DNA of 35,838 nt from assembly GCA_964245745.1 (NCBI GenBank), contig CAXTNQ010000009.1, positions 1-35,838 of the forward strand, given 5' to 3'. The notes below the pieces were generated by a model. It made no database searches, had not been told where the DNA came from, and saw nothing but the letters and a program-made list of their open reading frames with translations. The position numbers and the translations under genes are program-made. Origin of the DNA: an uncultured Jatrophihabitantaceae bacterium. Lineage in GTDB: Bacteria > Actinomycetota > Actinomycetes > Mycobacteriales > Jatrophihabitantaceae. Shown here piece after piece: positions 24,680-33,567 of the stretch. The first letter of the stretch is position 1; each line of letters starts with the position of its first letter.

Positions 24680-27112
24680 TCACATCCGCACCCGGGTACC
24701 CCGCGGGTCGTAGAGCGGCTCGGCGCTGACCGTCGCCGCGATCCACATGCCGAACAGGTCGACCTCCACGCGGGTGCCCGGTGTCGTGCACTCGACGGGC
24801 AGATAGCCGTAGGCGATGGACGCGCGCAGCGTGTACCCGAAGCCGCCGGAGGTCACCCGGCCGGCGATATCGCGGCCGACTCGGATCGGTTCGCCGCCGA
24901 GCACCACCTGGCGCGGATCGTCGAGCACGAGACACGCGAGCCGGCGCGACACGTCCCGGGTGAGCGCGTCCCGGCCGGCGAAGCCACCGGGCTTGTCGAG
25001 CTTGACGCAGAACCCCAGCTTGGCCTCGTAGGGCGTGGTCTCGGGCGTGACGTCGGTGCTCCACACCCGGTAGCCCTTCTCCAGCCGGAGGCTCTCTATC
25101 GCCCGGTAGCCGCCCGCGCACAGCCCCACGCGTTCACCGGCCGACCACACGGTCTGCCACAGCGCGGCGCCGTAGTCGGGCGGCGCGTACAGCTCCCAGC
25201 CGAGCTCGCCGACGTAGGTCACGCGTAGCGCCTGCACGGGCACGGCCCCGATCGTGAGCGCCTGCGCGGTCATGAACGGGAAGGCGTCGTCCGACAGGTC
25301 GGCAGGAGTCAGTGGAGCCAGGACGTCACGGGCCTGCGGCCCCCACACGGCGTAACAGACCCATTGCCCGGTGACGTCGGTGAGGCGTACGCCGGCGTCG
25401 ATCCGTCGGGCCTGACGCCGCAACCAGGCCAGATCGTGAGATCCGAACGCGGTACCGGTGACGATGAAGAACTCGTCGTCGGCGACCCGGGTGACCGTGA
25501 AGTCGGCCTCGATCCCACCACGGTCGTTGAGCGCCTGAGCGTAGGTGACGGTGCCGACCCGGCGCGCCACTCGGTTGTCGCACACCCAATCCAGGAACGC
25601 GGCCGCGTCGGCGCCGGTCACCGCGATCTTGGCGAACGACGACTCGTCGAAGATCGCGGCCCGTTCGCGGGTCGCACGGTGCTCGGTCTCGACCGCAGGC
25701 GACCAGTTGCGTCCGGCCCAGCCGTGCGGACGAGTCGTGGCGTCGCCCGCATTGGCGTTCGTGACGTAGTAGTTGACGCGCTCCCACGCCGCCTTCTCGC
25801 CGAACACCGCGCCGTGCGCGGCATGCCAGCCGTACACCGGCGACCGCCGCAGCGGACGTCCCGCCTGCCGTTCGTCGCCCGGATAGCGGATGTCGTAGTA
25901 GGTCTCGTAGCTTTCGACCGTGCGCGCCAGCGTGTACGCCGGTGACTGGTACACCGTGCCGAAGCGATTGACGTCCATGTGCCAGACGTCGGCGTCCGGA
26001 CGCCCGTCCAGGATCCAATCCGCCATGAGCCGGCCGACACCTCCGGCCCCGGCGATTCCGTGCGCGCAGAAGCCGGCCGCTACGAAGAATCCGGCCACGG
26101 CGGTTTCGCCGAGACAGAACTCGTTGTCGGGCGTGAAGGCCTCCGGGCCGTTGATCAACCGGCGGACACCCACGTCCGCGAGCGCCGGCACCCGGCGTTG
26201 CGCGTTCTCGGCGATCTGCTCGAAGCGCGGCCAGTCCTCGGCGAGTAGGCGGCCGTTGAAGTCGGCGGGGACGTCGTCGTAGGACGTGGCCGAGACCTGC
26301 CACGGTGCAGACGTGCGTTCGTAGCCGCCCATGACGAGCCCGTTCACCTCGGTGCGGAAGTAGACCAAGTGGTCCGGATCGCGCAGAGTCGGCAGCGCGT
26401 CGGGCGTAGACCGGAACCCTTCAGTGACGACGTACTGGTGCGCCATGGGGACGATCGGCACGCGGACGCCGACCAGCCGGGCCACGTGGGCCGCGTACAT
26501 GCCCGCGCAGTCGACGACCACCTCGCATTCGACGTCGCCGCGGTCGGTCCGGACCCGTCGTACTCGCTGGCCTTCGACGTCGATCGCAGTGACGCGGGTG
26601 TGCGCGGCGATACGCACGCCGGCCGCTCGAGCAGCGGTGGCCAGCGCGTAGCACAGCTGTGACGGGTCGAGATAGCCGTCCGTGGGCAGGTAGGCGGCAC
26701 CGAGCACTCCGTCGGGCGACATCAGTGGGAACAGGTCCTGCGCCTCGCGCGCGGAGATCTCCTCGAGCGGCAAGCCGACACTGCGCGCCCAGCTGATCTG
26801 GCGACGGATCTCGGCGAGTCGCTCCGGGCTGGACGCGAGCCGTAGGCCGCCGCACTCGGTCCAGCCGACCGCGGCGCCGAATTCGCGGTACAGCGCCACC
26901 GAGTACATGTTCATGCGCGTTAGCGTGGGGTCGGCGCGCAATTGGCCGACGAGGCCTGCGGAGTGGAACGTCGATCCGCTGGTCAGCTCGTCACGTTCGA
27001 CCACGAGGACATCGCGCTCGCCGCGCAACGCCAGGTGGTAGGCCACGCTCGCGCCGCCTACGCCTCCCCCGATCACCACCACGCGCGACGCGGCAGGCAG
27101 ATCGTCGGCCAT
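24680..27112 (-). CDS. FAD-dependent oxidoreductase fused to GcvT-type aminomethyltransferase (sarcosine/dimethylglycine dehydrogenase-oxidase family)
   Basis: ATG 27112 preceded by GGAGG. VVVIGGGVGGASVAYHLA dinucleotide fold. The C-terminal roughly 380 aa is a GcvT-like folate-binding domain (YVGELGWELY). Confidence 0.85.
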   Translation of the reverse strand: MADDLPAASRVVVIGGGVGGASVAYHLALRGERDVLVVERDELTSGSTFHSAGLVGQLRADPTLTRMNMYSVALYREFGAAVGWTECGGLRLASSPERLAEIRRQISWARSVGLPLEEISAREAQDLFPLMSPDGVLGAAYLPTDGYLDPSQLCYALATAARAAGVRIAAHTRVTAIDVEGQRVRRVRTDRGDVECEVVVDCAGMYAAHVARLVGVRVPIVPMAHQYVVTEGFRSTPDALPTLRDPDHLVYFRTEVNGLVMGGYERTSAPWQVSATSYDDVPADFNGRLLAEDWPRFEQIAENAQRRVPALADVGVRRLINGPEAFTPDNEFCLGETAVAGFFVAAGFCAHGIAGAGGVGRLMADWILDGRPDADVWHMDVNRFGTVYQSPAYTLARTVESYETYYDIRYPGDERQAGRPLRRSPVYGWHAAHGAVFGEKAAWERVNYYVTNANAGDATTRPHGWAGRNWSPAVETEHRATRERAAIFDESSFAKIAVTGADAAAFLDWVCDNRVARRVGTVTYAQALNDRGGIEADFTVTRVADDEFFIVTGTAFGSHDLAWLRRQARRIDAGVRLTDVTGQWVCYAVWGPQARDVLAPLTPADLSDDAFPFMTAQALTIGAVPVQALRVTYVGELGWELYAPPDYGAALWQTVWSAGERVGLCAGGYRAIESLRLEKGYRVWSTDVTPETTPYEAKLGFCVKLDKPGGFAGRDALTRDVSRRLACLVLDDPRQVVLGGEPIRVGRDIAGRVTSGGFGYTLRASIAYGYLPVECTTPGTRVEVDLFGMWIAATVSAEPLYDPRGTRVRM

Positions 27113-27159
27113 CGGCCTCCTCGGTGGCGGATGACACCCCGTTTGCGACCCTCCGATGT

Positions 27160-27242
27160 TAAAGGCATGGGACAAGTCGCCCCCCTCCCGCGAGAGCGGG
27201 AGTTCGCGGCGAGAGCCGCGACCGGGCGACTAAAGGCATGGG
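27160..27242. repeat. 12-bp direct repeat TAAAGGCATGGG (27160-27171 and 27231-27242) flanking twin hairpins
   Basis: Exact 12-mer duplicated 71 bp apart in an otherwise GC-rich divergent intergenic region. CCGTTTG(C)GACC also occurs twice (about 27139 and 27250). Confidence 0.8.
27185..27221 (+). promoter_or_regulatory. two adjacent 7-bp hairpins, each closed by a GAGA (GNRA) tetraloop, in the leader of the kinase/permease operon
   Basis: CTCCCGC-GAGA-GCGGGAG (27185-27202) and TCGCGGC-GAGA-GCCGCGA (27204-27221). The loops are GNRA only on the plus strand. CCCTCCC (27183-27189) is complementary to GGGAGGG in the SD (27302-27308). Confidence 0.4.
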
Positions 27243-27314
27243 GGCTAGACCGTTTGACCAGAGCGGCTCTAGCATCCCGACATCCGCCCAGTGGACTGCG
27301 AGGGAGGGAGCAGC

Positions 27315-28226
27315 GTGCCGGCCGCGTGTGACGCCATCGACGAGCTCGAGGCCGCGTTGACCGGCGTGCCGGCGCTGGCTGGGCGGCAGCAGGTGTCCCC
27401 GTTGCCGGGCGGCCTGACCAACCACAACTACCGCGTCACGACCCCCGACGGGGATTACGTCGCGCGCGTCGCCTCGGCGAGCAGCGCGCTGATGGGCATC
27501 GACCGGGCCGCTGAGCACCGGAACGCACAACTCGCGGCTGGAGTCGGTGCCGGTCCGCGCGTCGTCGCGTATCGCCCTGGACTGCTGGTCATCGACTGGC
27601 TGGACGGCCGCACCCTCACCTCCCGCGACCTGCGCGAACCCGCCGTGCTCGACCGCGTCGTAACGGTAGTGCGGCGGTTACACGCGGCACCGCGCTTTCG
27701 CGGCGAGTTCGACATGTTCGCCATTCAACGGCGTTACCTGACGCTCGTCCGAGCGCGAGGGTTCCGGCTGCCGCCGCGGTATCTCGACTACGTCGAACGG
27801 GCCGAGCAGGTGGCTCGCGCGCTGGCCGTGCGTCCAGTCGCTCGCGTCTCGTGCCACAACGATCTGTTGGCTAGCAACTTCATCGACGACGGCGCTCGGG
27901 TGTGGATCATCGACTACGAGTATGCGGGCAACAACGATCCCGCGTTCGAGCTCGGCAATCTGTGGAGCGAAGCGGCGTTGCCCGTCGACGCGTTGCCGGC
28001 CATCGTCGGCCGCTACCACGGACGCGTCACGAACGCCGACCTCGCCCGGGCTCGGCTCTGGGGACTGGCCGCGCAGTACGCGTGGACGTTGTGGGCGTCC
28101 ATCCAGGACGCGCAGAGCGACATCGAGTTCGACTTCTGGACATGGGGCATGGCCAAGTACGACCGGGCCGTGGCAGAGTTCGACGGCCCGGACCTACCTG
28201 CACTGTTGACCGATGTGACGAGCTGA
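27315..28226 (+). CDS. choline/ethanolamine kinase-type phosphotransferase (APH fold)
   Basis: GTG 27315 lies 4 nt after AGGGAGGGAG. Brenner/kinase motifs HNDLLASNF and WIIDYEYAGNNDPAFELGN. Confidence 0.8.
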   Translation: MPAACDAIDELEAALTGVPALAGRQQVSPLPGGLTNHNYRVTTPDGDYVARVASASSALMGIDRAAEHRNAQLAAGVGAGPRVVAYRPGLLVIDWLDGRTLTSRDLREPAVLDRVVTVVRRLHAAPRFRGEFDMFAIQRRYLTLVRARGFRLPPRYLDYVERAEQVARALAVRPVARVSCHNDLLASNFIDDGARVWIIDYEYAGNNDPAFELGNLWSEAALPVDALPAIVGRYHGRVTNADLARARLWGLAAQYAWTLWASIQDAQSDIEFDFWTWGMAKYDRAVAEFDGPDLPALLTDVTS

Positions 28227-28237
28227 AGGGGAAGCCC

Positions 28238-29854
28238 GTGCCTGAAGCAACGCTCCTGAACGAGGACGAACAGCGACTGGCCGAACTCGGCTACAAGCAG
28301 GAGCTGCACCGTTCGTGGTCCGGCTTCTCGAACTTCGCGATCTCGTTCTCGATCATTTCGATCCTGGCCGGCTGCTTCACGACCTTCGGCGTCGGCTGGA
28401 ACAACGGTGGTCCCGCCGCGATCGCCTGGGGCTGGCCGATCGTGTCGATCTTCATTCTGATCATCGGCCTGTGCATGTCCGAGTTGGTGTCCGCCTTCCC
28501 GACCTCGGGCGGCATCTACTGGTGGGCGTCGAAGCTGGGCGGCCCGAAAGCCGGCTACTACACCGGCTGGCTCAACCTCATCGGACTCTTGGCCATCGAC
28601 GCGTCCGTGGCGTACGGCTGTGCGACGTTCTTCGACCTCATGCTCGGCACGTTCAGTACGTCCTGGGCCGACGGATACAGCCTCAAGCGAGTGTTCCTGA
28701 TCTTCATCGTCGTGCTCGTGCTCGTCGCCCTGGTCAACATCTTCTCGAGCCACCTGCTGGCCGTACTCAACAACATCTCGGTCTGGTGGCACGTGCTCGG
28801 CGCAGCCGCGGTCGTCGGCATCCTGCTGTTCGTGCCGAGCCACCACGCCAGCGCGGCGGCAGTGTTCACGCACACCGTGAACAACACCGGACTGTTCGGC
28901 AGTAACACGCACGGAGCCGGATTCATCCTGTACGTGCTGCCACTGTCGGCGATCCTCACCCAGTACACGATCACCGGTTACGACGCCTCGGCTCACTTGT
29001 CGGAAGAGACCCGTAGTGCCGCCAATTCCGCGGCCAAGGGCATCTGGCGGTCGATCTTCTACTCCGCCATCGGCGGCTGGATCCTGCTACTTGCGTTCCT
29101 GTTCGCGGTGCAGGACGAGGGCGGCGTCACCAAGGGCGGTGGCGGCGTCGCGGTGATCTTCAGCCAGGCGCTCACCTCGCGCTGGGCCGGCACGGTTCTA
29201 CTCATCTCGGCCGCGGGTCAGTTCTTCTGCACGGTGGCCTGCATGACGAGCACGACCCGCATGCTCTACGCGTTCAGCCGCGACCGCGCGGTCCCCGGCG
29301 CCCAGTACTGGTCACGGCTCAACCGCAACCGCGTTCCCGTCTTCGGCGTGATCGCCGCCGCAGTCGTCGCCATCCTCCTCACCCTGCCCGCGCTGGTCGA
29401 GGTCAACATCAACGGCGCCCCGGTACCCGTGGCGTTCTTCGCGGTCGTGTCCATCGGAGTGGTCGGGCTGTACGTCGCCTTCGCCGTGCCGATCTTCCTG
29501 CGGTGGCGCGCCGGGTCGCGTTTCCAACCTGGAGGCTGGACGCTCGGCACGAAGTACAAGTGGATGTGCGTCGTGGCCGTCGTGGAGATCGCCATCACGT
29601 CGATCATTGCGCTGCTGCCGACGTCCAACCTGGGACTGCCGTGGAACGACGGGTTCGGTTGGCGCTACGTGAACTACACGATCCTCGTGGTACCAGGAGC
29701 CTTGCTGCTGCTGTGGATCGCGTGGCACGTGTCGGTCAAGCACTGGTTCCACGGCCCGCGTACCACTGTCGACCTGCCGCTCGGCGTCTCGGCCGCGGAC
29801 GAGATTGCCGGCGAGCGTCACCACCACGGGGACCCCGAGCCCGCGGCCACCTAG
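28238..29854 (+). CDS. APC-superfamily amino acid/choline/ethanolamine-type permease
   Basis: GTG 28238 after GAAGGGGAAG. About 12 predicted TM segments. N-terminal motif YKQELHRSWSGFSNFAISFSIISILAG ... SELVSAFPTSGGIYWW. Confidence 0.9.
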   Translation: MPEATLLNEDEQRLAELGYKQELHRSWSGFSNFAISFSIISILAGCFTTFGVGWNNGGPAAIAWGWPIVSIFILIIGLCMSELVSAFPTSGGIYWWASKLGGPKAGYYTGWLNLIGLLAIDASVAYGCATFFDLMLGTFSTSWADGYSLKRVFLIFIVVLVLVALVNIFSSHLLAVLNNISVWWHVLGAAAVVGILLFVPSHHASAAAVFTHTVNNTGLFGSNTHGAGFILYVLPLSAILTQYTITGYDASAHLSEETRSAANSAAKGIWRSIFYSAIGGWILLLAFLFAVQDEGGVTKGGGGVAVIFSQALTSRWAGTVLLISAAGQFFCTVACMTSTTRMLYAFSRDRAVPGAQYWSRLNRNRVPVFGVIAAAVVAILLTLPALVEVNINGAPVPVAFFAVVSIGVVGLYVAFAVPIFLRWRAGSRFQPGGWTLGTKYKWMCVVAVVEIAITSIIALLPTSNLGLPWNDGFGWRYVNYTILVVPGALLLLWIAWHVSVKHWFHGPRTTVDLPLGVSAADEIAGERHHHGDPEPAAT

Positions 29855-29893
29855 TACCTCCCGCTGTGTCCTTCGACCCACCGACTGCACTTT

Positions 29894-29948
29894 GGTGATC
29901 AACGGAGCTGTACCGCCAAATTCCTGCCAATGTGCCCTGTTGATCACC
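29894..29948. repeat. 10-bp inverted repeat GGTGATCAAC / GTTGATCACC separated by 35 bp
   Basis: 29894-29903 and 29939-29948. Each arm contains the TGATCA palindrome. Located in the lower-GC 396-bp gap after the permease stop. Confidence 0.7.
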
Positions 29949-30250
29949 GTTGAGCGGGCATGCGTACCCGGCCGTTACGACGAGCTGATCGCAGCTGGTG
30001 GGGACCGGCGGTCCTCGGTCAGATCGGCGGCCGGTTCGTGGTGCAGATGGGCGTCGGACTTGCGGTGGTGCGGTCCGCGGCGCGGCATTGTTGATGTTCG
30101 TGCGTCGAGTGCCGCTGTCCAGCGAAGCTTTGTACCCGCTGCGCACGCTGGCGAGAGCCGACATCATGTACGGTGCCGCCACGCTGGCCCACGGCGCCGG
30201 CTTCCTGGCTGGCACGTGCGCTGACACCCCTAACAGCAGGGCACTTCGTA

Positions 30251-31393
30251 TCAGTCGGCGGCCGGGTCGGCGTGCTTCATGCCGGCGCTCCACTTGTCCT
30301 CGATGTGGCCCCAGTGCCAGATGGCGAGGGCGGCGGCCCAGGTGGCGATGAAGAGGGCGACGATGGCAAAGCCGAGAGTGTTGAGGTCCAGGCCGCTGAG
30401 CCAGTCCCAGAATCCGCCGGTCCAATCAAGTTGGCTCGACATCACGGACAGCAGTTCGACGGTACCGATGATCAACGCGACGGCGACCGACAATCCGGTG
30501 ATGGTGATGTTGTAGAACACCTTGCGAACCGGCTGAGAGAACGCCCAGCCGTAGGCGAAGTTCATGAATGACCCATCGATGGTGTCCAGCAGGCTCATCC
30601 CAGCCGCGAACAGGAGCGGCAGGCACAGGATCGCGTACCACGGCAGTCCGCCGGCCGCCGCTCCGCCAGCCAACACCAATAGGGCGACTTCGGTAGCCGT
30701 GTCGAAGCCCAGCCCGAACAGCAGCCCAACCGGGTACATCTGCCACGGCTTGGTGATCGATTTCATCAGACCACCGAACAGGCGGTTCATCAGCCCGCGG
30801 CTGGTCAACTGCTCTTCGAAGGCGGCTTCGTCGTAACGACCGCCGCGCATCCCTCGGAACACCCGCACAATGCCGACGAGGATGATCACGTTGAGGATCG
30901 CGATGATGTACAGGAAGGTGCCGGACACGCTGGTGCCGATCAGGCTGGTGTAGTGACGCAAGGTTGAGGAGTCGTCCTGGACCGGCCCCACCAGGGCTTT
31001 CACGCCCAGGGACAGCAGGAACGCCAACGCGAACACGATGGTCGAATGCCCTAGAGAGAACCAGAACCCCACCGACAGCGGGCGTTGCTCGTCGTTCATC
31101 AACTTGCGGGTCGTGTTGTCGATAGCCGAAATATGGTCGGCGTCGAAGGCGTGCCGCATACCCAAGGTGTACGCGGTCAGCCCGACGCCGATGCCGAGGG
31201 TCTTCGTGCCCAGGCTGAAATGCTGGGGCGAGACGATCGCGACCAGAGTCCCCCAGCCGACGACGTGCAGCAGCACGATGAAACCGACCATGCCGGTCAC
31301 CCGAGCCCACTCCCGGCCGGTCAACGCCGTCCGCACCCGGGTCAACGGGGAGCGGCCGCGCACCTCGCGGCGCATCGTGCTCGATGTAGCCAT
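30251..31393 (-). CDS. NiCoT (HoxN/HupN/NixA) family nickel/cobalt permease
   Basis: Family signature RHAFDADHISAIDNTTRKL in TM2. Also LGFDTATEV. Eight hydrophobic segments. Confidence 0.9.
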   Translation of the reverse strand: MATSSTMRREVRGRSPLTRVRTALTGREWARVTGMVGFIVLLHVVGWGTLVAIVSPQHFSLGTKTLGIGVGLTAYTLGMRHAFDADHISAIDNTTRKLMNDEQRPLSVGFWFSLGHSTIVFALAFLLSLGVKALVGPVQDDSSTLRHYTSLIGTSVSGTFLYIIAILNVIILVGIVRVFRGMRGGRYDEAAFEEQLTSRGLMNRLFGGLMKSITKPWQMYPVGLLFGLGFDTATEVALLVLAGGAAAGGLPWYAILCLPLLFAAGMSLLDTIDGSFMNFAYGWAFSQPVRKVFYNITITGLSVAVALIIGTVELLSVMSSQLDWTGGFWDWLSGLDLNTLGFAIVALFIATWAAALAIWHWGHIEDKWSAGMKHADPAAD

Positions 31394-31718
31394 GGCGTAC
31401 CCCTAGCGAACGAAGCGAACGAGGCGGACCGCGACACCGTGGGTCTATCGCAATCTTTCCTCAACAACGATCGACTCGGCGGCAGGTGACGCCGCAGCGA
31501 AACGAGGTGCCAGTCAGGCCTCACCAGACCGTGCTAGTCCAATGGCACACCGGGTCTTCGGTTCCTCAGGCAGGCGATGTGGACGCAACACGCAGCGAAG
31601 CGCGCAGCGTCGGGCGGCCGCCGCGGCACCGACATTGGTGTGTGGCCGGCACGATGGACCCGTCGCGGCCCGGCGGGACGCCTGATCCGCGGACAGGTCG
31701 CGGCATGTGCTCGGCGCT

Positions 31719-31740
31719 ATGCCTGCTACAGGTCAGGCAT
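31719..31740 (-). terminator. 7-bp hairpin just downstream of the His-rich protein gene
   Basis: ATGCCTG (31719-31725) and CAGGCAT (31734-31740), 16 nt past the stop at 31756. No U-tract. Confidence 0.25.
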
Positions 31741-31755
31741 CGACGCGTGCAGGCG

Positions 31756-32112
31756 TTAGGTGGCCGGCCAGTGAAGTTCGGTGATGTGTCCTCCGCGAAC
31801 GGTGGCGTGCAGCTGAACCGGTCCGTCGGGGCGGAGGTACAACTCGTACCGGCCCTGCGGCACGGCGGCGAACACGGCGCTGTGGATGACCCGATCGCAG
31901 ATGTGGTGGGCGACGACGCCGACGTGCGGGTGGTGTTCGGGGCCGCGCCCCGAGTCGCCGTGTGGCCGGAGCTCGACTTCGGCGCTGGCGAGGTTGGCGG
32001 GCATCGACACGATCAACGCGCCCACGTCGTCCCCGATGTCGAGCAGGACCGGGCCCTGCCCGGCGTGGTCATGGTCCACGCCGGCTGTGGCGCCGAGGTG
32101 CGTATGGGTCAT
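31756..32112 (-). CDS. His-rich 118-aa protein (putative metal-binding)
   Basis: The ATG overlaps the DUF4331 stop (ATGA at 32109-32112). 14 His in 118 aa, including MTHTH, DHDH, EHHPH and AHH. Confidence 0.55.
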   Translation of the reverse strand: MTHTHLGATAGVDHDHAGQGPVLLDIGDDVGALIVSMPANLASAEVELRPHGDSGRGPEHHPHVGVVAHHICDRVIHSAVFAAVPQGRYELYLRPDGPVQLHATVRGGHITELHWPAT

Positions 32113-33497
32113 GCCGCGGGCTCACCGAGGCCGGGGCCGGGCAGGTACTGGAACCCGCCCAGCGGGGTGCCAAGGTAGGGGAACTGCGCCAGATACGGCG
32201 CGTTGGTGTTCGTCGTCCCGTCGGTGAGTAGGGCGGCCGCGCCGTCGGGGGTGAAGGACGGGTCAACGAGAGGGATCGTGGCGCCGGCGATCGCGCGCAG
32301 TTCGATGGCGACGACGTCGTCGAAGACCCGGCGGCCGTTGGGGAACCCCGCGAGGTCTCCCCCGATGATCCCGAACGGGCTGGGCTCGTGGGTAGTGGGC
32401 CGAACGGCAAGGTTCAGGCGCACTAAGTCGGCTTGCACGGTGCCGGTGAAGTTTTGGAAGCCCGGCACTACGCCGGACGGGATACCGGTCAACAGGATCG
32501 CGGCCAGGTCGGCGCGCGGTTTCGTGTAGGCGGCCAGGTGCGGGAAGACGTTGGGGTAGAGGGCGGGCAGCAGCTGTGCGAGTTCGGGGTGGAGTACGTA
32601 CTTGGCGAACTGGCCATCGTCGGCCGGGTCGAGGTGGTTCCACCGGTCCTTTTCGGCCATGGGCACGATCACTTCGTTGAACAAGGGGTTGGCCAGCCGC
32701 GACACCTGCCGGAAGTCGCCGTGCCCGTGCCAGCCCCGCTCGTCCTGGACGCGGGAGTGCTGCCGGCTCGCGCTGGCATATACCCCGATCACCGAGTCCG
32801 CGGCGGTTACGTCGGTCGGGGTGTGGTGGCCGCGGGTGAGGTCGCTCTTGGGGACCTGCACGGCGATGGTGTGCACGTTGAGGGCTTGGGTGCCGTTGAC
32901 GCCGACCGCGTCGGCCGACGGAATGAGATGCAGATGCTGGAAGGGGCGCAGCGCGCCGAGGTCGAAGATGCTGCCCAGGTCGACGTAGAAGCCCTCCGCG
33001 CGCTGACCCGCGAACACCGTGCGTCCGCCGTTGATGCGGTGGACGGCCTGCCCGGCCAGGCCGGCGTAGTTCGGTGTGCTGCGGAACCCGACGTTGACCG
33101 GTGGCACGGTCAGGCCGGTGGCGAGCGTGCGCGCGCCCTGACCGCGCTCGACCCGCGTGACCGAGTAGGTCTGCGGCCGGTTCCACGTCGGGTCGGTGAT
33201 GTTCTTGATCGGCCCGGTGTTGTACAGGAACGTGTTGCGGTTGCGGATGCGGGTCGTGAACCGGAACTGATAGGTGATGTCGGCTTGCGCCTTGCCCCGG
33301 TTGGAGATGTGGATCTCGTAGAGCACGTCGTCGCCGAACTCATAAAAGTTCGGTCCGCCGTTCGGCTGCTGCAGCGGGATGAAGTTAGCGATCAGGGTGA
33401 CCGTGTCAGGACGGTCGGGGCTGACGAACGCGTACACGTCGGTGTTGTCGGCCACCGGATCCTTCGAGATCTCCGGCGCCTCACGATGCGACGACAT
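32109..33497 (-). CDS. DUF4331 family protein, no signal peptide
   Basis: ATG 33497 preceded by GGAAAGG. The N-terminus MSSHREAPEISKDPVADNTDVYAFVSPD matches the conserved start of DUF4331 as I recall it. 462 aa. Confidence 0.75.
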   Translation of the reverse strand: MSSHREAPEISKDPVADNTDVYAFVSPDRPDTVTLIANFIPLQQPNGGPNFYEFGDDVLYEIHISNRGKAQADITYQFRFTTRIRNRNTFLYNTGPIKNITDPTWNRPQTYSVTRVERGQGARTLATGLTVPPVNVGFRSTPNYAGLAGQAVHRINGGRTVFAGQRAEGFYVDLGSIFDLGALRPFQHLHLIPSADAVGVNGTQALNVHTIAVQVPKSDLTRGHHTPTDVTAADSVIGVYASASRQHSRVQDERGWHGHGDFRQVSRLANPLFNEVIVPMAEKDRWNHLDPADDGQFAKYVLHPELAQLLPALYPNVFPHLAAYTKPRADLAAILLTGIPSGVVPGFQNFTGTVQADLVRLNLAVRPTTHEPSPFGIIGGDLAGFPNGRRVFDDVVAIELRAIAGATIPLVDPSFTPDGAAALLTDGTTNTNAPYLAQFPYLGTPLGGFQYLPGPGLGEPAA

Positions 33498-33567
33498 GGC
33501 GAGCCTTTCCAGACATAGGCACAGCGGGATGGCCAGGCGGCGGTCGCCGCCGGCGAGGGGATGACGG

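Noticed and set aside
29855-30250. ORFs in the 396-bp gap between the permease and the NiCoT gene (29805-30224 +, 29998-30351 +, 29736-30425 -).
   Set aside because: None has a recognisable motif, an RBS or convincing third-position GC bias. All of them run into the antisense of flanking genes.
31394-31755. Possible cobalamin riboswitch or other metal riboswitch in the 362-nt leader of the NiCoT permease. A CCGAAGACC segment resembles part of the B12 box.
   Set aside because: Reading the minus strand, I could not find the conserved core elements in the right order (AGGGAA...GGTG..AA..CC, GCCACTG, AGYCAGGAGACCTGCC). Only short chance-level matches were present. An Infernal scan (RF00174, NiCo RF02683) would settle it.
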